Origin: Thalia democratica
Lineage: Eukaryota
Length of the DNA: 64,000 nucleotides
Reading direction: 5' to 3'
Assembly: GCA_965202585.1 (NCBI GenBank)
Contig: OZ241830.1
Location: 44,702,001-44,766,000 of the forward strand
In this document: one piece after another, positions 50,501 through 62,286 of the stretch
Numbering within the stretch: position 1 is the stretch's first letter
How the letters are laid out: each line of letters opens with the position of its first letter
Notes under the pieces: generated by a model
Databases searched by the model: none
What the model saw: only the letters and a program-made list of their open reading frames with translations
What the model was told of the DNA's origin: nothing
Position numbers and translations under genes: made by a program

Positions 50501-53500
50501 AATTTAGTTATATGTCTAAATCAGGGATCGGCAGCCTGATGTTACTCGCGCGCCTATTTTCCTAGGAAAAATTGCTCGCAGACCGCACTATTTAGAAAAA
50601 ACCTTTGAGGGCCGCATTTATTTTAAAAAAATTCTGGTAATCAGTAGAAAAATATTATTTAAGATCAAAAATATGACAATTTAAGCAATATTAGAGCATT
50701 AATAAAGAGTACTTATTGAATTAAGAGCCTAACTGTAAGTTTTTATTACAAAAAATATAACTTTTATTGTTTTTAAAATGTATATTTTCGGCTGAAAGTA
50801 GCTCGTGGGCCGCAGATTTTAACTTTGAGGGCCGCATTTGGCCCGAGGGCCGCAGTTTGCCGACCCTTGGTCTAAAATAATCGTGAAGCTGATTATTTAT
50901 AATTTGAAAATAAGCAATAAAAATTATTTTAACTAATATTAAGTGCATAACAACGATAGACTAAAAATTGAATGTTACAAGTAACATACATAACAAAACA
51001 ATCATTTTAGAACAATATATTAAACGTACACTAAAAATCATTACATTTTTCTGTTTAAATATACGATTTTCCAAGCAATAAAAAACTTAAAACAGTTTAC
51101 TTCAGCCTGAATAAACCATCTCCGATAGTCCGTCAGAACCTAAAACTCGAAGTATACTGTTAGAGCAAAACCTGTAACCATCCGCCCAACTATTAAAAGC
51201 AAGTATTATTAAAACTTGTTATTCTAATTAGGAAAGCTATTTAAGTATTTTTTTTTCTTCAAGTCTTACGAACTACCGACTCTTAAATGCCGTACTAAAC
51301 TTGCGTAGAATCTAAAACATACAGTAACAAAGTTATAATAAGGTACGCATCAACTTTAGCTTTAGTTGAGAGTTCAGACACGATGTTAGTTAGCTTCCAA
51401 TAAAATGCACATGTAACTAACTTTTTGAGTGAATCAATTTTTTCAACTAGATAACACTTTTATCAGCAAAAAAGAAACTATACTCAGTTGTTAAAAGTAA
51501 AGTAGAAATACAAGGCTGTTAATAAAAAAACAAAGTAATCTAAAATTCAATTTAACTTAAATAAAAGCTAGTGTAATTTTAATTATAACTATGTTTTAAA
51601 ACAAACCTACAAATTCTTCCATCGTCTTGTGCTTGTATGCTGTGTTCAAGGCACGTTGAAATTTGAGTTTCCGAGGTGTAACCAACTTCTTTACAAACAT
51701 TTATCAGCTCATGATACTCTTTTTTAAAGTTAAACCTAAAAAGTAAAACGTCTTTTCTAACACACCTAAGTTTTTGCAATTCTAAACATAAGAATTAAAA
51801 GTTTATTAAAGTAACAGAAAATAATATTATTACTCTTTATAAAAACTTAGTCAAAAAAAAATATAAGATGTAATTAAAAAGAATTACTTTCAAAGACAAA
51901 CAGCAACTTCAATAAAGATTTATCTTATTAATTTTTTGTACAAAAAGTTTATTTATAGTTTTAATACGATCATGTTCAAAGTTATCTAAATTGATATTTT
52001 TATTGATTATAGTTTTTGTTTCACATTAATTAAAAATTGTTATAATGTGTGCTTAAATAACTAACTGACAAAAACATTCTGGTTTAGTACCAACTACTTG
52101 AGTATTTTGCATTACCGGAAGACATATAAGTAAAGAAACTATCCACGTAAGACATATAGTTAATATTGCTGGCTTTGTTTTTCTCCATTTTCCAAGAAAT
52201 TTATTAAAAGGCTGACAAACAGCAATGTACCTATCAATGCTCATTATCTGCATTTTTTTTAGTTTTTGTTGCTTTTAATTTTATAAGAAACAATAAGTTT
52301 AGAACTTTAATTTTTGTTTTTTTCTATACTGCATATAAAAAAGCATAAACAGTACAGTAGTAGAACGTTATGAAACTATAAAAACAAAACTACAAAAAAC
52401 ATTGGGTGTATTATATAAAACCAGACATTTCTTAAGTGAAAACCCATTATACTTGATCGTTAATTATTTGCTTATGAGCAATGTTAGACATAGCTTGTTG
52501 TGCTGGGGAAAAGCAAACAAAAAATGTATAAATTATATCAATGTTCTCATAAACAGAGCACTTAGATACATACAGTATAAGAAATATGATGATAGTGTAA
52601 GAGAATTAAAAACTCAGAAAAAAATATTAGATGTTGAAAGTCTGTATCTATACAAATTAGGTCTGTTTATGTTTAAGTTTTATAATTTGTTACCAAATAA
52701 CTTTACTAACTATTATAAAAAAAATAAAAAAATGTCCATAATTGTCATACGATGTCTTCAGAAACCATTTTTTTCCTACCTAGATTCAACAGCTAAATAG
52801 GTCATAAATCGCTATCCTTACAAAGAAGTAAGTTATGAATCAAGCTATCATTATGTTTAAAAATATGAGTCATTTTGGAAAGTTCCAGGATGAACATAAA
52901 AGTTATCTATTAAAAAATTACTAATAAGGTCATTAGTGATCATTGCTACTCGTCTATTTACTTTTGTTTAAGGAGCTAATAGTATTTGTCGTTTAATAAC
53001 CAACTTTTTTTTATTTACTTTGTTTTTTTTGTTCAAAAGTTGATTTGTTTGGTTACATTAACAGTGGTTGAGTATAGATTGCAGCATTTTCTATCTGGTT
53101 ATTCTTTAGAATATTCTTTAAGATTACTATTATGAATTAAGTTCAGAATACTTACAAACTTTTTTTTTGTTTTTTTTTAGCACACCAATGTAAAAAAATA
53201 GTTATAGATATATATACTTTAACAGAAAATTAAATATTTAAATAGTAGGCTGAGATAATTTTTTCAAACAAACTTATGTTTTAAAATTTATCTTTTTATG
53301 GAAATCAAAAAAAAAACTCTTCTTTTTCATATTTACAAATATTGTTTGCCTTCTTTGTTTACAGTTTTAGATTTAGGCAAGTATTCAAAACATAAAAAAT
53401 TAAATTTTAAAACAAAAAGAAATTTGTTTTATTTTTTACTCATTTAAAACATAAGTTTTACAGTACTTATCTTTATATTTTCATATATAAAAATTTAGTT

Positions 53501-55927
53501 ATGTTATGGTAGAATTCACATCTTAAAATTTTTTTAAAATTATACAATAATTTATTTATCTAATCGAATGTAAAATTATTTTTATTGTTCAAGTAAAGTT
53601 ATTTAATAAAACAAAGACTACACTTTAATCACAAAATACTGATAGAATTAAACGTAAAAATATTTCAGAGTATTACATTTTTACTTTCTTTAAAGAGGCT
53701 GTAACCTAGCATTCAAGTATTCACGTAATTGCTATTAGTACTGTTATATCCTTTTATAATTTAATATAAAGTCATATCTATACTTTTAGTTCTTATATTA
53801 CTAAACAAGTTTTTAAGTACATTTTTAAATAAAAATTTCAGTTAATTACGTTAGTTTTCTTTTCTTTTATTTCTTTTAATTGATTTTTTCATTACTAAAG
53901 ATTTCAATATTTAAATGGTAAAAACTATTTATAATAGCTCGTAAGAAATTTTATAAGCATGTGGTGTACGACTCGATAACTGAAAGGTTCCTTTGTACAT
54001 CAGTTCCTTAGACCAAACTTTTTGAGCGCTTTTTTTATCTTTCAATAAAAAAACTTTTTAGACTGTAAAAAAAACTTTGTCAAAGTTGTTTAACTTTGAG
54101 TTTAGTTATTTTAGTAATTTTTTTTTCTTTTAAAGAACTGTATTTAATACCCGAAACAAATTGTTTTAGTCATTATTTAACTTTTGTTTTAATTGAATTA
54201 AATAAATAAATCCTTACAGTTTTTTTTTTCTAATTTTGGAAGACTATTTTGTATAAATGTATCAACCTTAAACTCCTTAAATAGTATATGAATACAAAAC
54301 TATTAAATAATGAATAATAATATAAAAGCTTACTACTAAAAAGAAAACTGAGGCGTTGTAATTCAGAAAAAGAATAGTCTCTTTTACACTACAGAGCGAA
54401 TTTCCAAAAGGCCACGATCCATGAAAATCCTCACTTACTTTAAATGGAATTGTCAACAAAAACAAAATGTCAGCAAACGCTAGTTGTAAAACATACCTAA
54501 AACGCATAATTTTTGTAAGTTTGTGATCAATTTTCTTCTAGAAGTTTTAGAAAATGTTTATTAGATTAAATGCAGTATGTAAAAAAACATTAAATACTTT
54601 AAATAACGTCAAAACTTAAAATTTTTGAAACAAATAAGTTTGTCTATAAGATGAACTAGAAATACTGTTTTATATTTCAATTTGTGTTAGTTCTCTGAAT
54701 TAATTTAAAGAACCTTAAACTAACTTTTTTAAAAGAAACATGTTTTTCTCACAGTTTTAATATCTTTAAAAACTTATAAAGTTTTAAAAAAAATCCCAAC
54801 TAAATTTGAACGAGTTTTTTGCTGATATTCGTAAGATATAATAAAGACAAACAATGTCACACTTTTGCTTTATCAAAAGTCAAATTAAAAGTAGTTTATT
54901 TAAATTTTGGACACTATTTAAACTTTGACGTTAGTTAAAGTATTTTACGTTTCTTGTACTTTCTACATTTAACCTAATCATTTTCTAAAAATTTTGATTT
55001 TTTTGATAAAGCAAAAGTGTCACATTGTTTGTCTTTATTACGAATATCAGCAGATAACTCGTTCAAATTTAGTATGGATTTTTTTTTTTGAGCTTTATAA
55101 ACTTTTAAAGATATCATAACTGTTAGAAGAACATGTTTGCTTCCAAAAAATTTAGTTTAGGTCCTCTAGATTTTTTTTTTAGTTGTCTACATAAAATTAA
55201 AACAACTTGAAATATAATTTAGTGTTTTTAGTTCATCTTATAGACAAACTTATTTGTTTCAAACAAGTTTCAACAACAAAACTTAAATATAAGTATAGAT
55301 ATCTTAGTACATAATATACAAAACCAATTTACTTACATGTGTAACACAGACTTCTTATATTCTTTTAGAACAACAATCACAAAAATACTGACCAAGTTTG
55401 CAATAACTCCAATGATGCATACAATAATAGAAATTGATACTTTTCCTAGGTTAACTGAAAATACATTTTAAAATTTTTACTTTATTACTTTGATTTAGTT
55501 TATTTTTGAAAACCACTTTTTATATTTCTGCCTAAAAAGCATAATTTCTACAGTTTAAACTAAACCTATAGTAAATTTGTTCTTCATTTTTTGTTAACAA
55601 AAATATAATTCAAATAATTCTGGAAATCTATCAGTTTTCTTAGTATTTAACAAACATCTCTTTTTAAGTTTCTTTCAAAAAAATAATAAATATTTCTAAA
55701 AAGGGCCTTAAAATAATTATGCTTGATTTTAGGTCGTAAGTTATTCTTAACAGAAACGGTAAATTGCATAGTATACATTTTGAATAAAATTTAAGGAAAA
55801 GTAAATTATTTAATAACTCGTTTTATTTAATAAATATTTATTCAAATATTTTTATTTTTTCTTATATACAATACTATATTATGAAACACATACCTTTAGG
55901 TTCTGCTTGTGAATCATCATAATTCAT
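47576..55927 (-). CDS. Class A (rhodopsin-family) peptide-type GPCR of the somatostatin/opioid/galanin-chemokine-related group, about 476 aa, with a very long ECL2
   Basis: Phase-consistent GT-AG exons: 55927-55894, 55454-55337, 54496-54334, 52247-52066, 51735-51607, 49928-49565, 49352-49161, 48853-48741, 48278-48165, 47597-47576 (the last two are less certain). Motifs are TM1 GVIAN, TM2 LAFAD..TIPF, ECL1 WPFG..LC, DRY, TM4 W...LP, TM5 IFP, TM6 CWLPF and TM7 NSVLNPICY. Confidence 0.9.
50522..50869. mobile_element. Complete hAT/Charlie MITE in a GPCR intron
   Basis: CAGGGATCGGCAG ... TTTGCCGACCCTTG, with TSD gtctaaat/gtctaaaa (7/8) and GGGCCGCA subterminal repeats. Confidence 0.88.
52350..54050 (+). 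mobile_element. Second, shorter copy of the CR1/L2-group LINE, in GPCR intron 3 and antisense to the gene
   Basis: ORF 52402-52800 (GVLYKTRHFL...VRHSLLCWGKANKKCINYINVLINRAL) is nearly the same as 44893-45384. About 1.15 kb of downstream non-coding sequence is also shared. Confidence 0.9.
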
Positions 55928-58214
55928 CTTGTTTTGACTAAACTTAAAAATATTAGCACTAAAAGTTATAAAGATAAAAATAGCTATAATTTATAAGGTT
56001 AGTCCTCAAGATATAATTAGAAAAAACTCTGGAAGCACATTTAAATTATTTCTTATGATTTTATCTATTTATCTTTAATTTATAGCAATTTAAAAAATCT
56101 GTGTTTATTATTAAAAAACAATATTTCTACCACTTAACTATTATTCTTTAATTTAAAGTTTTTCTTAAGTAAAGTGTCATTTTTAGTCATATGTTTTTTT
56201 AGTTCTTAAAATTCAATTTGTTCATATTAAGATATTTATTTGTTATGGTGAGTAGCTTGATGATTTAGAGATCTTTTCAAACATAAGGTTCTTTGACAAA
56301 ATTCTTCATCATCTAATAATCTATCATAATCAAATAATTGAACACTAATGGTTTAAGTTTTAAGCCTACAAATTTATAATTTTAGTTAAAAATATGTTAA
56401 AATCATTATTCTGCTAATTTGTAATTATTTCTTTTAACTATCGATAAAATACTTTAGATAAAGAAAGTAAAAGTTTAAAAAAGCTAGAAAAACTTAAGTC
56501 ACACCTAAAAGAAATGAAATAAAAACATTAAAATATTAACAGAGTTATGATTGTTTTTTGCTGTTTTAAAATATTCTTTTATAAACTAATTGATAAATTT
56601 TAAATATAAAAACCTTTCCCTATCTATAACTTTAACGTAAATAGTTTTCAAAGCTTTCAAGGTAATTAAAAGTATAATAATTAACTAATGAAAAGTTAAA
56701 CTGCTAGTAAAAAATAATAAAAACCCGAAAATACAAAAGTTAGTAATTAAAGGCATACAAGGAAATTAGTAACTTTCTTTATTGCACAACTTTTTTCATT
56801 GAAGTCTAAACGTAAAAAACAACATAGTAAAACATAGTTAAGTTTTTTCCTTTATCATTTACTTTCAGTTTTGAACTATTTTTGAAAACATTTTATATGC
56901 TTTAAGTAGTCAAAGTTATAACAACCACTTTTTATGTTACATTTCTCAAGTATGTACATTATCACTTTTTATGTAAGAATTCTTAAGACTGAAAAATAGA
57001 ATCTGATTTTGGTTTCAGTTAAACTTTGTACATTTTATTACCTTAACAAACTGTATTTTTCTTTGGAAATTGAAAGTTTTTAATTTCTTAGCTTTTTTTT
57101 ACGCTCAATTCTATAAGATTATTTTTTTATTAAAAAAAGAAAACTTAAACTAATTGGATTAAGTTTTACTGTTTTCTTAAATGAACTACAATAATCTATC
57201 TAAAATTTAAGTATAGTAGAGCTGTTAACTTTTTTTTTTCATCCTTTTACTATAAACTTTTTGCTATAATACTTTATATTATTAGAAATATTCGTATATA
57301 TAGTTTGCACAATTAATAAAACATACTTTGTTTTCATTAATTACATGTTTCAAACATTTTGAAACAGTAGAAATATAAAATTATAGAAGAACTTTAGACA
57401 TTGAAAATTAATTAAAATAGTTTAATTTTGCAATAGGATAAAAATTACCTATAAAAATAATTTTAAGATAACATTCTTTTATTTTATAAAAATAATGAAG
57501 AAAAAAATTAAGTGATATTTAGAAAACAAGTTTATTTTATAAACTCTAAAAGCACTAAATTTTTCGGTTGTGCTTGTACTCTAATGAAAAAAAAATAAAA
57601 AAATAATGTTTTTTAAATCCTGTTTTCAAAGCGTAATACAAAACGTTTTTTAAACAAAACTTTTTGAGCTACTTGTTTAGATGTAAGGTTTACTGATTAA
57701 AAAAAGTTAAAACTTTTATGTATGTAAACTTATTTCTTATTTAGACTCTTACCTCTATACTACTTTATTTTAAAAGTTAAGAAATAACAATGTTTAACAA
57801 TAAAGTTTCTTGACGTACTTTAAGTATGTAAACTAGTTTGAAAAGTTTACTTGTTATTGAAATAAAAAACAGTTCCGAATGTGTGGTTTAATCTTATATC
57901 TATCACTACGAAGGTAAAACTTTTTGTCATATATGTTGTCTCACGGCAAATAAAAGTCCAAGTTTTGGTTTTGATGACACTAGCTAATGTTTCTCTTTGA
58001 TATGAGTTAATTAAACAAAAATTTATATATGGTATGTATTTTGTTACCGGATCTTTATTTTGTATATTAGATTTAAATACATGAACAGTTTATATTATAC
58101 AAAAAAAAAATGTCTAAGAGTTAAATCAAAAAACAAAAACCTTTGGAAAATTTAAAACGAATCAGAATAATTTTTTTATATCGCTAAAGTATATAGTCCT
58201 GGATAAGACGTTAA

Positions 58215-58320
58215 GCTGATTACAGGTGGTGTACCACTTGATAACCGAAAGGTACATCAGGTACTACATCAATTATTTTGAGCGCTTTTTTGTCGTTCAA
58301 ACAGTAAACAAATTCCAAAA
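58215..58320 (+). repeat. Solo copy of the conserved core found at the 3' end of the two LINE copies
   Basis: GTGGTGTACCACTTGATAACCGAAAGG...TTGAGCGCTTTTTTGTCGTTCA matches 53960-54045 and the reverse complement of 43700-43790. Confidence 0.7.
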
Positions 58321-58783
58321 CTAAACTATTCTTAAATTAACCTTAATACAAGATTTACTTATAAGTTTAGGAGTTATTAAATGTTAGCAAAGCTGTAGTA
58401 GTGTTTTTGAGAAAAAAATTAAACACAATTTTTCAACCTTCTTTCTTAATACTAAAAGTCAAGCATAGAGTGAAACACCTAGAAATGTTCCAATTTTATC
58501 TCTTTCAATATAAGTATGAGTTAATTATAGCGGAAAAAAAAAATAAAAAATACTTTAAAAGCGATATAAGTTCTATGCTATGTAAATCCAATAGTCAATT
58601 TAACGTGATTAATCATTAATCATACTTTTTTTTTTTACTAAAAAATAAAAAATTTAAAAAAAATATGTTAAGTTCGCACGCTACTGTTTAAGTTTACCGA
58701 AATATATTTTTTAATAGATAAATTAAACAAAAAAGTTTATTAACAACCAATTTTATAAAAGTATTAATTTTTATGGACTGTAT

Positions 58784-60145
58784 CAGGGGCGTGTCTAGAC
58801 ATTTTTCGAATGTGGTTCACAACTATTTTTTTGTTCTTAATTTGCCCCGTAAGTACGCATTTCTTAGGTATGCACTGCCAGCCAGTTAAGTACACATTGT
58901 GCTACTACGCAATATTTAGCTGAAAAACTCTGTATTTAAAATGCTTTTTTCTGCTTAGAAATTTAAAAAAACATATAAGTAGTAATAGAAAAATATTATT
59001 ATTTTTTATTTGTTATACTGTATCAAATTTAGATAAGTTAAAACTAAAAGAATTAGAAAAAAGTTATGAACTTACAAATTTTATTATTTTATCTCTTCAA
59101 CTGTTACAGACATAACTAACTTACTCTATAAAATATTAACCTTTATATCAGGAAACAACATTATAAAATAATTAAAACATCTAGAATAAGCTTTTATAAG
59201 AAGAATTTAAATTTCAGTTTAAATGTTAGTATAGATGGAGTTCTTACATTTTTTTTTTTTTTTAACATCTTTACATTTATATATCTATTTATAATAAAAA
59301 CAATTTTTTCAAGTAATTTAATGTACAAAATTTGAAATTTCACTAAATATACAATAACAAATACAAAAATAACACAACTTAAATAAAAATTAAAATTTTA
59401 CTTAAACAAATGTTTAGACTTATACAATTGAATTAACATATCTTTAAATTATAATTAAATGTTTGCCTGATGGTGCAGGGATTCTAACTATGGTTTTGAA
59501 ATCTTTCTGAGTTGAAAATTTAAAAAAATCAAGAATCAACTTTGTGGCCAACAGATATACAAAAATAAAATAACTTAAATAAAAATATTAAAATACCATT
59601 AAATGATAAAAGAATAAATTGCCAGGTGTGTAAAGGTCTAAAGATGATTTTAAAAACTCTTTGAATTGAACTTTTCAAGGTTCTTAGCTTCACACATTAT
59701 TATTATATACAATCAACTAAGTAAAATAAAACTTTAGTGATTTAATGGACATTTTTTAAGTAAAATTGTACTTACAAGTTGAAAAACAATACTTAATCAA
59801 AAGTTATTTACACTAAGTAACAATTTATAATGGGAACTAATAGCATATTAGTAAAAAAAATCCCAGAAAAGAATGGCTCTTTAAAATTTTTACCTATTAT
59901 CACGTCACCATTAAAATTTTATTTGAAATATATTTCAGCTGGGCAAAAACGAGCATTTTTTGTTAATGAAACTTATAATCTTTCAGTGTTATAAATTCAA
60001 CATTCAATATTCAAAGTTTATCAAATAACCAAAACAAAGTCAATAAACAACGTTTTTAGTGATATTCTAAGAATATTTTTTTCTTTTCTTTTCTTTTTGT
60101 TCAGGGGTTCACAGGAAACAGGAAACCAGTCAAAACACGCCCCTG
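58784..60145. mobile_element. 1.36-kb non-autonomous hAT element
   Basis: CAGGGGCGTGT ... ACACGCCCCTG, with TSD gactgtat/gagtgtat (7/8). Confidence 0.85.
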
Positions 60146-60435
60146 GAGTGTATATCAAAAAAAATGCAATTGTTTCTTTAATCATAAAGTTTATAAATGT
60201 ACACTATTATATAAGAAAATTGTAAACTTTGAGTGATATAGTCTATATTTAAAATAAAATATATAGAAAATTTAAACATTTCTACAAATTTTGTATATTT
60301 TAAAACTATAAGATTTGTAGTTGTAAATTAAGTGAATTTAAACTATAAACACAATAAATATTAGTTACCACACATCCTTTATTTATGTACAAAAATTTGT
60401 AGAAGTTGTACAGCTGTATTTTAAACGGTTTACTA

Positions 60436-60730
60436 TCATTTCTAACTCGCTTTCATTTCTAACCCGATCATTTTTAACCCGATCACTTCAAACCCGATCA
60501 TTTATAACCCGATCACTTCTAAACCGATCACTTTTAACCAAATTACTTCTATCCCGATCACTTCTAACCTGATCACTTCTAACCCGATCACTTCTAACTC
60601 GATTACTTCTAACTCAATCACTTCTAGCCCGATCACTTCTAACCCGATCACTTCTAACCCGATCATTTCTAACCCGATCACTTTTAACCCGATCATTTCT
60701 AACAAGATCATTTATAACCCGATCTAACCC
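60436..60730. repeat. 15-bp minisatellite (CGATCACTTCTAACC)n, about 19 units
   Basis: The 15-nt periodicity is directly visible. Confidence 0.95.
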
Positions 60731-62097
60731 GACAATTATTAATCCGATCTGTGTTAATATGTTTGTTTATTATTGTCGTAAATTAAGGGTTTGTTTGAAA
60801 AACAAATTAATCTCAACAAAGTTGTTTTTTTAATGTAATTTAGTTTTTTTTTTGTTTAGAATAAAACTTAATGTTCAGATAGCTTTGGTTAAAATTTAAT
60901 ATTTGATATTTATTGCTTTGGAAGTTTGTTATCCTACGCTAGACTAGAAAATCTGGGCCACTTAAACTGAATGACACTTAACAAAGAGACGAAAATATAT
61001 ATACCTTAAAATCAAAAACTACAGTTCTACCTAATATTTATAAACTAACAGCTAAAGAATCAACACTTTAGTATAAAATTGTCTTATTTATGATTTGAAG
61101 GTTTTTAACAAATTTGGTTTTAACTCCATAATAAGCAAGTTTAACATCTATTCTTTCATCGATCTGTGAGTTCCAATATAACCAAACACAGCTGCACAAT
61201 TTTTCAATTTAGAATTAACTTCCGATTTCTTTTCAACATTTCTTTTAATTTCAAAACCTTCTCTTTAAAATTCAGCAACACATATTGAGACAGTTTAGTA
61301 AACTATTTCAATGATTTTAGTACAGCAATCAGCAAAATAGTCTGAATTCTTCATTAAATTAGGGTTCATGGTTATTTTTATAAAACTCGTTTAGAACATA
61401 CTAGAATGTCATAATTCAAACAAACTACAAAAGTTCATAAATAAAATTTATTCTTGTTCAAACATCAACCGGATATACACATCCTGACATTTAGAGTTAG
61501 GTTCTGTATATTTGTGCAACTGTTTGGTATTTCATTTTATTTTTATCAATTATTTTGTCGCTTTGCCAAAGCATAATCGATAAAATAATAAAAAAATGTT
61601 GGAGTTAAAGTAAAGACAATTATAAAAATAAAAATCAATAAATTATGTGCATTGACTAACCACTAAATTAAAATTTAAATTCCAAAGCACATTAAGAATA
61701 CAGGTCAAATAAAAATCTATCAAAAATATTGAAAAACGGTTTATTATTTACAGAGGAAAGGCGCTGCTAATAAAATCAAACTATATAATGAACCAAATTC
61801 TACATTTTAAATCAATAGTTTATAGGTTTAAAAAAATTTTTAATTACTGGTAGTTTCTAGTATAAAGTATCTTATCTTAATCAAGTAAACTTAAATCTAA
61901 ATTGTTTTTTTTTCCTAAATTAGTTTTGTTTGAAAGCTAATTCCACATTTAAACTGAAAGATATTTATGACTGCATGAATTTTTCGATTTGTTTTCGTGG
62001 TAATTAATTATTTTAATAAGGTTCAAAAATGAGTTATAAATTAATTGTAGCTAATCAGTTTTAAAAATCAATAGGAAAAGTATAAGTCTTTTGAATT

Positions 62098-62286
62098 CTA
62101 AAGATTAAATATTAAGTTTTGATAGTCGTCAATGTAAGAAATGTAATGAGTTTTGCAGCCGTAAAAGACTACTCCGTACTTTTTCTTTGAAGAGATTCTA
62201 TATGGTTGAACTATGTTTTTCAAGTATGGAGACCAGATTGGCAAGTTGCATTCAAATTTAGGGCGAATTTGTATGAAATACAACAA
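62098..62286 (-). mobile_element. CR1-group LINE ORF2 C-terminal remnant
   Basis: IRPKFECNLPIWSPYLKNI resembles the CR1 motif VRPxLEYxxxVWSPxxK. Confidence 0.6.

Noticed and set aside
7262-55927. Functional protease-receptor pair (PAR-like system)
   Set aside because: The genes are about 39 kb apart with a housekeeping gene between them. The receptor N-terminus is too short for a tethered ligand, and proximity alone is not evidence in an animal genome.
60502-60711. 69-aa (EVIGL)n protein
   Set aside because: It is a by-product of a 15-bp repeat, whose period is divisible by 3. There is no supporting gene structure.
61100-61400. Decayed coding-like stretch on the minus strand
   Set aside because: It has several stops and no diagnostic motif, so no family could be assigned.
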